Origin: Nitrospirota bacterium
Lineage (GTDB): Bacteria; JACPQY01
DNA: 64,000 nt
NCBI GenBank assembly: GCA_016180645.1
Contig: JACPAV010000004.1
Span: forward strand, 31,544-95,543
Direction of reading: 5' to 3'
Part shown: one piece after another, positions 26,447-36,793 of the stretch
Position numbering within the stretch: position 1 is the first letter of the stretch
How the letters are laid out: each line of letters opens with the position of its first letter
Position numbers and translations under genes: made by a program
The notes under the pieces: generated by a model
Told to the model about the DNA's origin: nothing
Database searches by the model: none
The model's input: the letters and a program-made list of their open reading frames with translations, nothing else

Positions 26447-28876
26447 TCAGAATCCCAGATCGTTCTCGTAGAACTTGTTGGGGTCGAGTTGGTCCGGTTC
26501 CGGGGCGTACTGCTGCGGCTCGGACCCGGCGAGGTAGGCTTCGTAAACCACTTTCCTGCTGCTGTCGATGGCGCGGAGGCCCGAGTCCGCGTCGATCTTC
26601 ACAAACACAATGCCTTCGGGGACGGTGAACTCTTCCACCGGCTCGCTCTCCAGCGCCTTCTGCATAAAATCCAACCAAATCGGCGCGGCATAGGCCGTGC
26701 CCGTAGCTCGTCCTCCCATGCTGTGTGCGTCGTCGTGCCCGACCCACACCGTCGCCAGGAGCTGCGGCGTGTAACCGACGAACCAGGCGTCGCGGGAATC
26801 CGTGGTCGTGCCCGTCTTCCCCGCGGCGGGCCGGCCCAGAACGGAAACGGGATGGCCCGTCCCAAACCAGATCACTTCCTTCATGAGGTGCGTGGTGAGG
26901 TAGGCGATTTGCGGCGTCATCACCTGCTCCCCGGTGGCCTCTTTCACTTCGTACTGCTGATCTCCGAGCTGAACGATCGATTTTGGAACGCTTTTTCCAT
27001 GCAGAATGTCTTTCCCCTCCAATAGTTCCCCGCTGCGACCGTATACGGCGCGGATGAACGTCGGCTCCACCCGGCGCCCTCCGCTGGCGAAGACAAGATA
27101 CGGCAGACTCAGTTCCACGGAGGTCAGCGCCGACGATCCAAGCGCCAGGGAGAGGTTGCGATCGAGGTCGACGGAAACGCCCACCCGACGGGCGAATTCA
27201 ATGGCCGCATCCACACCGATCTCCCGGAGAATTTTCACCGTCACAATGTTCCGGGAATGGATCAGTCCCTCGCGAAAGGTGGTCGGACCCTGGAACTCCT
27301 TCTCAAAGTTGCGGGGTTTCCACATTTCCTCATCGTCGTGCAGGCGGAATGGAAGGACCACGGGTGTGTCGTACATCATCGTGCTGGCGGTGAATCCTTT
27401 TTCGAGCGCCGCGGCGTAGATGATGGGCTTGAACGCGCTCCCCGGCTGTCGCTTCGCCTGCGTCGCCCGATTGAACTGGCTCTTGGAATAATCGTATCCG
27501 CCGGCCATCGCACGCACCTCGCCGGTCTTCACATCCGTCGCCAGGATGGACCCTTGAATTCCCGGCTCCGGATCCAGCGCCACGGTCGCTTCCTGTTCGC
27601 CGGAAAGCTTCTTGATGTGAAGAGGAAGCACGTCGCCCACGGCAAAAAGCCTGAGCGCCGATCGGCCCTCGCCCGGCGCCAGCCAGGCGTAGTCATCCGG
27701 TCTGACCGTGGCAATCCGGCCGCCCAGGTCGAGCCGAAGCTCGCGCTTGCTCTTGATCACCGCGGTGACCACTCCTTCGGCGCGGTCTCCCGGTTGAAGC
27801 TTCGATTGTCGGTCGAACAGCTCGGTGAGATAGGCTTCGACCTCGCCCGGACCCGTAAGTTTGCGGAGCGGCCCATGATAGCCTTCCGCCTTGTCCAGGC
27901 GTTCGAGCCCGCGGCGCACGGCCCCCTCGGCGGCCTCCTGGGCTCCGAGTTCCACGGTGGTGTAGACTTTCAATCCCTGTGAGTAAAGCGCATGGGCGCC
28001 GTATTTCGACTCGATGTGACGCCGGACTTGCTCAACGAAGTAGGGGGCGGCATAGACGGTGTCGGAAGGCTGAGGGTAGAGTGGGAGCGGCTGCTGCCAC
28101 GCCTCCGTTGCCTTGGCCTCCGGGATGTATCCATCTTCCACCATCCGCCGGAGGACATATTTTTGCCGATTCTTTCCCTGCTCCGAATTGTTGTAGGGCG
28201 AATAGGTGTTGGGCGCGGGAGCCAGGCCCGCCAAGAAGGCCCCCTCGGCCACGGTCAACTCAGGGGTCGATTTGTGGAAATACATTTGGGCCGCCGCCTC
28301 CACGCCATAGGCGCCGTGACCGAGGAAGATTTGATTGAGGTACAGGTAGAGAATCTCATCCTTGGAGAGGTTTTTCTCGATCCGGAACGCGAGGAGGGCC
28401 TCCTTGATTTTTCGCGAATAGCTGCGGCCTCGGTAGCGCAGGATGCTCCGCGTGAGCTGCTGGGTGATCGTGCTTCCCCCCTGGACCACCTCTCCCGCGA
28501 GCACGTTGCGGCCGAGGGCGCGCGCGATGCCCCAGTAGTCGATGCCTTTATGCTTGTAGAAATGCTGGTCCTCCGCCGCCACGAATGCATCCATGACGTG
28601 CTTGGGCACGCTCTCAAGCGGGACGATGTATCGCTTCTCGCTGAAAAATTCGGCGATGACGCTGTTGTCCCGCGCATAAAAAGTGGTGACGGTGGATGGC
28701 TCGTAGTGTTTCAGGATGCTTTTCACGTCCGGAATGACTTTGGTGTAATACCAAAGGACTCCGACCCCCAAGCCGAGGCTGAGCGCGATGGACGCGAAAC
28801 TGACCCGCAGCACGAGCCGCAATGTTTTCATCATGAAGGCAGACTCTTTCCGCTTTTTCTTGGTGATCCGCTTCAT
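26447..28876 (-). CDS. mrcA: Penicillin-binding protein 1A (bifunctional transglycosylase/transpeptidase)
   Basis: GT51 motifs (EDQHFYKHKGIDYWG, GGSTITQQLTRS, RKIKEAL) and transpeptidase motifs (SAFKP, SRN, KTGTT) are present. Start chosen at MKRITKKKRK (28876); GTG at 28891 is possible. Confidence 0.9.
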   Translation of the reverse strand: MKRITKKKRKESAFMMKTLRLVLRVSFASIALSLGLGVGVLWYYTKVIPDVKSILKHYEPSTVTTFYARDNSVIAEFFSEKRYIVPLESVPKHVMDAFVAAEDQHFYKHKGIDYWGIARALGRNVLAGEVVQGGSTITQQLTRSILRYRGRSYSRKIKEALLAFRIEKNLSKDEILYLYLNQIFLGHGAYGVEAAAQMYFHKSTPELTVAEGAFLAGLAPAPNTYSPYNNSEQGKNRQKYVLRRMVEDGYIPEAKATEAWQQPLPLYPQPSDTVYAAPYFVEQVRRHIESKYGAHALYSQGLKVYTTVELGAQEAAEGAVRRGLERLDKAEGYHGPLRKLTGPGEVEAYLTELFDRQSKLQPGDRAEGVVTAVIKSKRELRLDLGGRIATVRPDDYAWLAPGEGRSALRLFAVGDVLPLHIKKLSGEQEATVALDPEPGIQGSILATDVKTGEVRAMAGGYDYSKSQFNRATQAKRQPGSAFKPIIYAAALEKGFTASTMMYDTPVVLPFRLHDDEEMWKPRNFEKEFQGPTTFREGLIHSRNIVTVKILREIGVDAAIEFARRVGVSVDLDRNLSLALGSSALTSVELSLPYLVFASGGRRVEPTFIRAVYGRSGELLEGKDILHGKSVPKSIVQLGDQQYEVKEATGEQVMTPQIAYLTTHLMKEVIWFGTGHPVSVLGRPAAGKTGTTTDSRDAWFVGYTPQLLATVWVGHDDAHSMGGRATGTAYAAPIWLDFMQKALESEPVEEFTVPEGIVFVKIDADSGLRAIDSSRKVVYEAYLAGSEPQQYAPEPDQLDPNKFYENDLGF

Positions 28877-28988
28877 CCTGAGATTCCGCACCCGTTGACC
28901 CCTATCCGTGGGAGTGACTATTTTCCCTCAAAGCCCTCCTGTTTTCAACCCACCGCCGCGTACTATGGAGGCTTAGCCTCGATAGTCG

Positions 28989-30218
28989 CTAGAAGGGGTA
29001 GTCCAGCGAGACGTGAGCGGCGGGACCCTCTGGACTGACGCCCACATCGATGGAAGCCACCAGGCTGTTCGTAACGATGAAGCGCCACGAGCCCCCCAAG
29101 GCCCTCGCCCACGGCCCGGAGGGCGCAAGGTCCCCGAAAGAACCGAAGACGCGCCCCACCTCGACAAAGACGGCCGGTTCGAGCGCCACGGGCACCCTGA
29201 GAATCTTCGCCCGTGCCAACAGCCATCGCTGCTCCACCGAACCCGCGACGCGACCCCAGTCGGTGAACCGGTTGTAACCGTATCCCCGGAAGCTCCACTT
29301 GCCACCCAGCGTCGGCCGCTCGAAGAATGGAGTGTCACGGTCGCCGATCATCTGATCCAAGAAAAGCCGTGCGGCCAGCACCAGGCGCTCCCCGCCGAAG
29401 GACACATATCTTCTGACCTCGCCACCCCACGCCCAGTAGTCCGCCCCGCTCCCGGCCTCCCGCCATGAACCGCGAATGCCCAGGGAGGCAAGCGATCCGC
29501 TGTGGGGAAGGTTCTGGCGATCGCGGGAGTCGTAGCGTAGCGTGTAACCCTCGGAGTGGATGAACGCATCCCGCAGGCCGTCGAGGTCGCGCCACTTCTC
29601 AAGGGTGTATTCTTCACGTGGACCGACGTGCGTGGGGCGGACCTCGCCGCGATGGAGAGTAAAATCGAGGCCGAGTTCGAGCCGTTCCGAGAGAATGAAA
29701 GCGATGGTGCCGTATCCGCCCCGATCCACGTAGGCGTAGTGCGATTCATCGCGCGGCGTGGTCCCCGCTCCGTAGCCGTAGAAGCGGAAAGCCGGATCAC
29801 GCATGAGCAGCGCCCTCCCTCGAAACCCGACCCGATCCTTCCACCATCGTGGGACGCGAAAGTCGAAATACGACTCGTGATAGTTCTTGCCGCCCAGGGA
29901 GCTGTACACCCGCCAGTTGTTTCCCTCCGGCGTGTATCGGTAATAGCGGAAAGTGCCCATCGGCCCGTACGATTCGTGGTAGCTCCCTGAAGGGGCAAGG
30001 ATCGATTCGGTGAACTCGTTCTCGATTTCGGTGAAGGAAAGAATCAATCCGGCGTTGTAGCCCGTGGTCGGGTTGAGGGAAAACATCGGCACGGGCACGA
30101 CGATGAGTCGCGCAAAACACGGGGGGGGGGCCGCGAGGGTGCACAAGGCGCCCCAGAAGCATGCGATCCATCGAATGGGTCGGCCCACGACGGGCGTATT
30201 GTAGTGATACGGATTCAT
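28989..30218 (-). CDS. Omp85/surface-antigen-like outer-membrane beta-barrel protein
   Basis: Start MNPYHYNTPVVGRPIRWIACFWGALC (ATG 30216-30218). Gly/aromatic-rich strand pattern (RGYGYNRF, GGKWSFRGYGY) and terminal ...AHVSLDYPF. The long Arg-rich N-extension in the ORF track is rejected. Confidence 0.5.
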   Translation of the reverse strand: MNPYHYNTPVVGRPIRWIACFWGALCTLAAPPPCFARLIVVPVPMFSLNPTTGYNAGLILSFTEIENEFTESILAPSGSYHESYGPMGTFRYYRYTPEGNNWRVYSSLGGKNYHESYFDFRVPRWWKDRVGFRGRALLMRDPAFRFYGYGAGTTPRDESHYAYVDRGGYGTIAFILSERLELGLDFTLHRGEVRPTHVGPREEYTLEKWRDLDGLRDAFIHSEGYTLRYDSRDRQNLPHSGSLASLGIRGSWREAGSGADYWAWGGEVRRYVSFGGERLVLAARLFLDQMIGDRDTPFFERPTLGGKWSFRGYGYNRFTDWGRVAGSVEQRWLLARAKILRVPVALEPAVFVEVGRVFGSFGDLAPSGPWARALGGSWRFIVTNSLVASIDVGVSPEGPAAHVSLDYPF

Positions 30219-30262
30219 TGGCTCAACCTGGCCTAATTTGTCATACAATACGGCGGGGAAGG

Positions 30263-31618
30263 ATGACGAAAATCGCGGGGATCTCCATGGTGGCCGCCGG
30301 TCTCGTCGCTCAAGCCCTGTGGCCCGCCGAACTTCCGGCGGACGATCGGCCCCTGCTGGTCCTTGCGTTGGACGGGATTTCGCTCGATGCCGCAAAGGAG
30401 GTTTGGGAGGAAGGCGCTTTTCCGGGATTCCATCCGCCCTCGGGAAACATCGCCCCGTTTCCCAGTCTGACCGACGTCTCGATGTCCGGCATGTTCCACG
30501 CGGGTCCCGTCCCCGGCTACGAGGAGATCTACTACGACACGACCCGGCACGCCCTGGCCGGAACCACGTGGAGTTATCTTCGGGCGACGAAGTTCGAACG
30601 GAGCCGGCAGAGTTACTACGGTCTCCTCCACTACGCCGATTCGCGGTTCTGGGAGATCCCGAACAATCTCTTCCCAAAACTTCTACTCGGATTCGATCTC
30701 TGGCGGTTCTTCCGCTCCGACGCCATCGAACGATTCGCAGCGAACCCGGCGGCTTTCCATTCGCCCCTGTCGCCCGGATCGCGCATCATCGTGACGTACC
30801 TCGAATCGGGGGACGTGGTGGCTCACCAGACCGGCCACGAGGGGGCGGTCGCCTACTTGCGCGTCCTTGCGGAATTCCTGGAGGTCATGCGGAAAAAGGC
30901 CGGTGAACCCTTCGATGCCCTGATCTTTTCCGATCATGGCAACGCGGAGGGAATATCGCGCTTCTGTCCGGTAACGCGGTTCCTTCGAGAACGGGGTTAC
31001 CGCGTGGAGGACCGGGTCTCAGGGCGCAGAAGCGTGGTCGTGCCCACGTTCGGTCTCATCAGCAGCGTGGCCCTGCACGCGGCCCGCGAGGAGTCCGAGG
31101 AACTGGCCGCGGCCATCGCGGGCCTGTCGTGTGTCGATATGGTGTTTTCCGGCGAAAAGGGGATGTACACTGTGCGGCATGGTGGACAACTGGCCCGAAT
31201 TGAGCACGACCGGTCATCCGACTCCTACGCGTACCGCCCGGAGGAGGGCGATCCGTTGGGTTACCGGTCCGTCATGAAGAACATGGGAGACTCGGGCTAT
31301 CTGGACTCGAATGGATTCGCCTCCTCCCGGCGATGGTTCGACGCCACGGCCGATTCGGCCTATCCCAACGCGCTCGAAAGAACGGCGGAGGCCTTCGAGT
31401 CGCTCGTGCAGAATCCGGCGACGATCCTCCTGAGCCTCAAGCCGGGCACGTTCTACGGTCGAAGCGACATCCGCTTCTGGACACGGCTCGAATCCACCCA
31501 TGGAGGCATGGCGCGCGAGGAAAGCCTCGGGTTCGTCATGACCACGCTTCGTCCGCTTCCGCCGTTCGTGCGATATAAGGACTTTTTGGGAAGTCTTCTT
31601 GGAGGTGCGACCGAATGA
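30263..31618 (+). CDS. Alkaline-phosphatase-superfamily enzyme (type I phosphodiesterase/nucleotide pyrophosphatase-like)
   Basis: MTKIAGISMVAAGLVAQA signal. LLVLALDGISLD metal-site motif; FSDHGN. RBS GGGGAAGG before ATG 30263. Confidence 0.55.
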   Translation: MTKIAGISMVAAGLVAQALWPAELPADDRPLLVLALDGISLDAAKEVWEEGAFPGFHPPSGNIAPFPSLTDVSMSGMFHAGPVPGYEEIYYDTTRHALAGTTWSYLRATKFERSRQSYYGLLHYADSRFWEIPNNLFPKLLLGFDLWRFFRSDAIERFAANPAAFHSPLSPGSRIIVTYLESGDVVAHQTGHEGAVAYLRVLAEFLEVMRKKAGEPFDALIFSDHGNAEGISRFCPVTRFLRERGYRVEDRVSGRRSVVVPTFGLISSVALHAAREESEELAAAIAGLSCVDMVFSGEKGMYTVRHGGQLARIEHDRSSDSYAYRPEEGDPLGYRSVMKNMGDSGYLDSNGFASSRRWFDATADSAYPNALERTAEAFESLVQNPATILLSLKPGTFYGRSDIRFWTRLESTHGGMAREESLGFVMTTLRPLPPFVRYKDFLGSLLGGATE

Positions 31619-32946
31619 TGATCTTCATTCGAAGATGGCTCCTCCTCGCCGCCATGGCGGCGCCCTCCACTCTCACGGGGACCCGTCCCGCGTTCGCCAA
31701 TCCGCAGGACACATTCGGGTTCGGAGGCCGCGGCCCCGCCATGGGCAACGCCCAGGTGGCCGACGCACGCGATCTCTCGGCGGTCTACTACAACCCGGCC
31801 ACGATGTTTCTCATCCCGGATGGAGAAGGGCTGGACCATTTTTCGATCGCCACCCTTGCTGCCGTGGACGATCTCTATGTGCGCAACCCGACGGGCGGCG
31901 ACATCGGCAACCCGATCATCAATTCCTACAATGTGGGCATGGGCATGGTGGATGGCATCGGAACACCATGGTTCAGGTCCGGTCTGAATTTCCAGATCCC
32001 CATTTTCCGGCTCCAACTCCAGCGCACCTATTTCCCGGACGAGCGCGAGGCTTTCTTTTCCAACAAACTGAATTTCGAATTCTATGGGGGCCGTTTCCAG
32101 CGCCAGGTGGTCATGCCGGCCGTGGCGTTTCGTCCGCACCGCCTGGTGTCTTTTGGCGCGGGCATTTCCCTTTTCACGTTCTCCCAGACGGATACGGATG
32201 TGTATCTCGCGGACGTCCTGGACCAAAGCAAAGCGTTCATCAATTTGCGCGGCGACCAGCAGAATACGAACAGCCTGACCTATGGACTCCTGTTCTGGCC
32301 GATGGAACGCCTGCGGCTCGGCGCGGTGTATCGCGACAGTGAGAGTTTTGTCATCCGGGGGCTCAGCAAGGTCGAAGTTGAGGATTTCCACCAGTTCTCG
32401 GATCAGCTCCTGGATTTCCGGGTTCAGTTTCGGCCGTCACAAGCGGGCCTCGGGGCGGCGTACCGGTTCTCGGACGTGCTCGGCTTGACCGGAGACCTTG
32501 TGTGGTATCGGTGGAGCCGGTACCGCGATCTTCACAATGAACGGCCGGCACCCGCGTTCAACGACACCTACAGCCCGCGCGTAGGGGTGGAGTACGTCTG
32601 GAGACCCATGTGGGTCTTGCGCGGGGGATACGATTTCGAGCCCACGCCGGTGCCGCGGCAGACGGGACGCACGAATTACGTCGACAACCACAAGAACGTC
32701 CTCTCCGGAGGTCTCGGCTTCCGGCTGCCGGCGGAGGGCTACGTGGCGTCCTTCGATCTTTTCGGACAGGCTCACTTCATGATTCCGAGGAGAACGATGA
32801 AGGAAGCAACCCGTCAAGAGCTTCTGACCACCGCGGTCCAGTCCGCCTTCAATGTGGAGGATGCGCGGGACAATCCCGGCTGGCCGGGCTTCGAGAGCGG
32901 CGGCCGCGTCTACGCCTTCGGCCTGACCTTCAGCGTCGGAAGATAA
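31615..32946 (+). CDS. FadL/TodX-family outer-membrane hydrophobic-compound transporter
   Basis: ATGA overlap with the upstream gene. N-terminal GNAQVADARDLSAVYYNPA hatch motif. 14-strand-barrel-sized product ending ...YAFGLTFSVGR. Confidence 0.7.
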   Translation: MMIFIRRWLLLAAMAAPSTLTGTRPAFANPQDTFGFGGRGPAMGNAQVADARDLSAVYYNPATMFLIPDGEGLDHFSIATLAAVDDLYVRNPTGGDIGNPIINSYNVGMGMVDGIGTPWFRSGLNFQIPIFRLQLQRTYFPDEREAFFSNKLNFEFYGGRFQRQVVMPAVAFRPHRLVSFGAGISLFTFSQTDTDVYLADVLDQSKAFINLRGDQQNTNSLTYGLLFWPMERLRLGAVYRDSESFVIRGLSKVEVEDFHQFSDQLLDFRVQFRPSQAGLGAAYRFSDVLGLTGDLVWYRWSRYRDLHNERPAPAFNDTYSPRVGVEYVWRPMWVLRGGYDFEPTPVPRQTGRTNYVDNHKNVLSGGLGFRLPAEGYVASFDLFGQAHFMIPRRTMKEATRQELLTTAVQSAFNVEDARDNPGWPGFESGGRVYAFGLTFSVGR

Positions 32947-33966
32947 CTATCGCCGGCGTCGCCTGGCCGGACGGCGGCCAGAAGGCTTCCGGGAAACTTT
33001 TTTCACCGGTGTGAGGCGGCCAAGGGGGACGTTGTAGTGGTCGAGCAGGAATCGGTCGAAGCGCAGGTTGATGAGTTCCGGCTGCTCGAACATCGCGCCG
33101 TGACTTCCGTTCGGAATGTGCAGATGTTCGGCGTTCGGGATCTTCTCCACCATGCGCTCGGAAATCCAGTCGGGCGTGAACTTGTCCTTGCTGCCGCTGA
33201 CGACAAGCGTCGGCACCTTCACCTGATCGAGCAGATCCTCCGCCGTGTGCTCCTGCATGTGCTTGGCCATCTCGGCGAAAACCTGGAAGTCGAGCTGGTC
33301 GACGATGTGCCGGAAGTATTCGTTGAATTCGCCTGAACGGACGATCTCGGGATCGACCCCCATCACTTCCGCCAGGTTGGCGATGTAGCGGCTCTCGATG
33401 GCCGCTCGGGCCACGCGCTTCGCCGATTGCGTCTTCTTTCTCGCACCCCAATACACCACGGGAAAAAGCACGCGACCGACCCCGGAATCGAAAAACGTGT
33501 CCATCGGCCGGCCGTAGGTTCCCAGCATGGGAATCAGGCCGAGAACGCGGTCGGGAAAAAGTCGGTAGAACTCGAGGATGACCTGCACGCCGTAACTATG
33601 GCCCACCAGCACGGCCTTGTTCATGTGATGGTGGTCCAGGAGAAGCTTTGCGTCGGTTGCATTGACCTGCACGGAGGTTTGTTTGAGATCCTTGGGCCGC
33701 TCGGACCGGCCATGACCGCGGTAGTCCCACGTGATCAGTTGGCACCGATCCTTGAGGTGCAACAGGAGATGCTTCCAGAAAAACGTGGACGTGCCGATCC
33801 CATTGCAGAACAGAATGGGGAATCCACGTCCGACGGAACCGTAGAAAATGTTCGGTCCGGCCTCTCCTCCCCTTCCGCGAAGTCTCACGTGGCCCTCCTG
33901 GCCGCTTCCGGAATCTTCAGGGGCGATCCCCCCATGGCCGACGATGTATCCCGAGTGGTTCCGCAT
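32947..33966 (-). CDS. Alpha/beta-fold hydrolase
   Basis: Nucleophile elbow GHSYG, oxyanion FCNGIG, and HG region IPNGSHGAMFE are present. It follows meaB with a 2-nt gap. Confidence 0.7.
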   Translation of the reverse strand: MRNHSGYIVGHGGIAPEDSGSGQEGHVRLRGRGGEAGPNIFYGSVGRGFPILFCNGIGTSTFFWKHLLLHLKDRCQLITWDYRGHGRSERPKDLKQTSVQVNATDAKLLLDHHHMNKAVLVGHSYGVQVILEFYRLFPDRVLGLIPMLGTYGRPMDTFFDSGVGRVLFPVVYWGARKKTQSAKRVARAAIESRYIANLAEVMGVDPEIVRSGEFNEYFRHIVDQLDFQVFAEMAKHMQEHTAEDLLDQVKVPTLVVSGSKDKFTPDWISERMVEKIPNAEHLHIPNGSHGAMFEQPELINLRFDRFLLDHYNVPLGRLTPVKKVSRKPSGRRPARRRRR

Positions 33967-33968
33967 GT

Positions 33969-34961
33969 TCAGGCGAGTTCCTTCTTGAGCAACTTCTCGG
34001 CCACCGAGTAGGGATCGGATTTTCGCTGGATGATCTCGGCTAGGACCGCATCGAGCCGTCCGGCGTCCTTCAACTTCTTCAGCACGCGGGTATCGATGGT
34101 GTCTTGCAGGGCGATCAGCAGCTCCCGGAGCGCCCGGCGCCGTTTCTTCTGCTCGAACTGCCGCGAGGTGTCGAGGTAGGCGTGGTGTTTTTCGATCGCA
34201 TCAACCAGCTCTTCCAATCCTTTTCCTTCCGCGGCCACGGTGGAGAGAACGGGACGGGTCCAGCCCGCCCGCTCGCCTTCCATTTCAACGAGTGTGGTGA
34301 GGTCCATCTTCGTCCGATCGGCGCCTTCGCGGTCGGCTTTGTTTACCACAAAAATGTCCGCAATCTCCAGGATGCCGGCCTTGATGGCCTGAATGCCGTC
34401 GCCAAGGCCGGGCGCGAGCACCACGAGCGTGGTGTGGGCCACCTCGGAGATTTCCACTTCGGCTTGGCCGATGCCGACGGTTTCGAGCAGGACCACATCC
34501 TTTCCCATGGCTTCCATCACGGCCAGGATGTCCAATGCGGAACGCGAGAGTCCGCCGAGGTGGCCGCGCGTGGCCAGCGAGCGGAGGAAAACGTCCGGAT
34601 CGGTGGAGTGGCGTTGCATCCGTACCCGGTCTCCAAGGATGGCGCCGCCGGAGAACGGGCTGGTCGGATCGACGAGGATGCCGCCGATTTTCTTCTTCTT
34701 CGCCCGGTAGAGATCGATCAGGCGGTCGATCAGCGTGCTCTTGCCCACACCCGGCGGTCCGGTGATCCCGATCACGGTGGCGGCGGAAGGAGCGGAGAAC
34801 AGCTTTTTCAGGACGTCGCGAGAGCCGGGGATGTTGTCATCGAGGTCGCGCATGAGGCGAGCTGCGGAGCGGACGTCGCCTCCCCGGATTTGCCCCACCG
34901 GGTCGGCCGGGCTTTCAGATTTCGGATCAGGGAGCGACTTGGATCGGGTCGAACGGCTCAA
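33969..34961 (-). CDS. meaB: Methylmalonyl-CoA mutase-associated GTPase MeaB/ArgK
   Basis: P-loop GITGPPGVGKST, VNKAD G4 motif, and LETVGIGQ are present. Confidence 0.85.
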   Translation of the reverse strand: MSRSTRSKSLPDPKSESPADPVGQIRGGDVRSAARLMRDLDDNIPGSRDVLKKLFSAPSAATVIGITGPPGVGKSTLIDRLIDLYRAKKKKIGGILVDPTSPFSGGAILGDRVRMQRHSTDPDVFLRSLATRGHLGGLSRSALDILAVMEAMGKDVVLLETVGIGQAEVEISEVAHTTLVVLAPGLGDGIQAIKAGILEIADIFVVNKADREGADRTKMDLTTLVEMEGERAGWTRPVLSTVAAEGKGLEELVDAIEKHHAYLDTSRQFEQKKRRRALRELLIALQDTIDTRVLKKLKDAGRLDAVLAEIIQRKSDPYSVAEKLLKKELA

Positions 34962-34964
34962 GGC

Positions 34965-35366
34965 TCACGCCCGAGGGCGAACGTTTTCTTGGACCCATTT
35001 GATGATGTCCGCCAGGGAGGCGCCCGGGCCGAAAATTCCCTTCACGCCCTTCTTCCGGAGCGTATCGGCGTCATCGTCGGGAATAATTCCTCCGCCGAAG
35101 ACCGCCACGCTGTCCGCTTTCTTTTCCTTGAGGAGACGGAGGACTTCCGGAAACAGCGTGTTGTGCGCGCCGGAGAGAAGCGAGAGTCCGATGGCGTCCA
35201 CGTCCTCCTGGACGGCCGCCTGGACCACCATTTCGGGCGTCTGGTGGAGGCCGGTGTAGATGACTTCGTAGCCAGCCTCTTTGAGTGCGCGGGCAACCAC
35301 CTTGACCCCGCGGTCGTGCCCGTCGAGTCCTGCCTTCGCGAGCAGGAGCCTGATTTTTCGTGCCAT
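34965..35366 (-). CDS. Cobalamin (B12)-binding domain protein (mutase small/B12 subunit)
   Basis: [29 protein letters not shown] carries the DxHxxG B12-binding motif. 133 aa. Confidence 0.8.
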   Translation of the reverse strand: MARKIRLLLAKAGLDGHDRGVKVVARALKEAGYEVIYTGLHQTPEMVVQAAVQEDVDAIGLSLLSGAHNTLFPEVLRLLKEKKADSVAVFGGGIIPDDDADTLRKKGVKGIFGPGASLADIIKWVQENVRPRA

Positions 35367-35475
35367 GGTGGTTTTCGATTCTCCGGTTGTGGTCCCGTTT
35401 TCTTAGCCGCGTTCCGCCATCTTGTCAATTTCCGGCGGAACGTCGAAATTGGAAAGCGGCTCGCGGATACAGGGG

Positions 35476-35901
35476 CTACCGGTTCTCCTCGAGTTCCGTG
35501 ACGAGCCCGAGGTCGGAGAGGCCGGACTCGCGGATTTTGCCGACAACGCGGATCACGTAGCCGTAGGGCAGACCCCGGTCGGCCCGCAGGAAGATGGAGG
35601 TCTTCGGATTCTCACGCGCAAGTTTCTGGAGCCGCACATCCAGCCCTTCGAGTGTAATCTTCTGCTTGTCGAGGAAGATCTGACGGTCCTTCGTCAGCGT
35701 GAGCGTCATCTGTTTCTCCTGCTCCACCAGCTTCCCGGCGACGCTCCGCGGGAGCTCGACGCTGATTCCCTGTTCCAGCAGCGGAGCGGTGACCATGAAA
35801 ATGACGAGGAGCACGAGCATGACGTCCACGAACGGCGTGACGTTGATCTCGGAGAGCGGCTTCGTCGTGCGCTCGTGCAGGGAATCGCGGGCTATTCCCA
35901 A
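35476..35901 (-). CDS. exbD: ExbD/TolR-family biopolymer transport protein (orphan)
   Basis: SEINVTPFVDVMLVLLVIFMV TM and the periplasmic domain are typical ExbD. I place the start at TTG 35899-35901, preceded by GAGGGAG with 8-nt spacing. This gives a 141-aa protein with the usual ~17-aa cytoplasmic tail. The ORF-track ATG starts (35988 or 36060) give atypically long tails and overlap the upstream gene. Confidence 0.5.
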   Translation of the reverse strand: MGIARDSLHERTTKPLSEINVTPFVDVMLVLLVIFMVTAPLLEQGISVELPRSVAGKLVEQEKQMTLTLTKDRQIFLDKQKITLEGLDVRLQKLARENPKTSIFLRADRGLPYGYVIRVVGKIRESGLSDLGLVTELEENR

Positions 35902-36725
35902 TTCAGATACTCCCTCAGCGTCATGGAGGAGCGGGCGATCGAGAACCGGCTGCTCCTTCGCGTGATCTTGGGGCGTCGCCCTCCCCATTCTTTCACCAGG
36001 CGGCCGACATACTCCAGTTTCCCAAGAACGATCGGTCGATCGGAATACTTTTCCAGCCACCGGGTGGCCGGGTCCAACCAGACGGCGAACGTCTCCGCGA
36101 AATCGTCATCCGGGTGTTTCTGCGCGTAACAGGCCGGCGCGAGTTTTTCCACTTCCAGGTACTTCACATGCTTGGGACTCTCCGGATCTCCCTTCCACGG
36201 CTTGGTCCAGTGCGGGTAGTCGAGGTAATCCCCTTCCACTTCAAAGGTCGTCCTGAACTCTTCCAGCTCAAAAAGCTCGTAGGCATAGCAGAAGAGATGA
36301 CCGGATTCGTGGCGCATGCACATGCGAACTTCACGGGGGGTGCACGGGCGTTCGCCGTTCTCCGCGAGCGCGGCCAACAGGTCCGGCTTCGTCGCGGCAT
36401 CCATGAACAGCATGGACATGCTTCGCGACTTGGAGGGAACGCCGTATTCGAATCCGAGGTAGAAATCCGGATTCAAGTGCGCGATCCCCGCTTTCCGCAA
36501 TTCGGCCACGAGCTCCTGAGCGCATGTTTCGAGTTGCGTGCCTTCCACTCGAAGGCCGAGGTCCCGGAGCGGCGTGGCCAACAGCTCCCCGGTCGAACGA
36601 GGACGATCTCCGGTGGAAATGGGAGGCACGGGCCTTCTCAAGGCGGTCCGGCGTGAGGCCGGCCGTACTCTCGACGTTTTCGGCGGGCAGGATGCCCGCG
36701 ATGGCGCGGAGAGTGCGGAATTCAC
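35892..36725 (-). CDS. HExxH-motif protein (putative zinc metallopeptidase-like)
   Basis: MCMRHESGHLFCYAYE carries HExxH. The region LRDLGLRVEGTQLETCAQELVAELRKAGIAHLNPDFYLGFEYGVP looks structured. Start uncertain, since the first ~40 aa are Arg/Pro-rich. Confidence 0.4.
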   Translation of the reverse strand: MNSALSAPSRASCPPKTSRVRPASRRTALRRPVPPISTGDRPRSTGELLATPLRDLGLRVEGTQLETCAQELVAELRKAGIAHLNPDFYLGFEYGVPSKSRSMSMLFMDAATKPDLLAALAENGERPCTPREVRMCMRHESGHLFCYAYELFELEEFRTTFEVEGDYLDYPHWTKPWKGDPESPKHVKYLEVEKLAPACYAQKHPDDDFAETFAVWLDPATRWLEKYSDRPIVLGKLEYVGRLVKEWGGRRPKITRRSSRFSIARSSMTLREYLNWE

Positions 36726-36793
36726 GAGTCCACATTATCATAGCGCTCCGCATTGTGAAAAGAGAGGCGACATGCTACTAAATTCCGCTCGTT

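Noticed and set aside
28877-30677. Arg-rich N-terminal extension of ORF 28989..30677
   Set aside because: The first ~150 aa of that frame are Arg/Ser/Pro low-complexity. The start at 30218 gives a plausible Omp85-like product.
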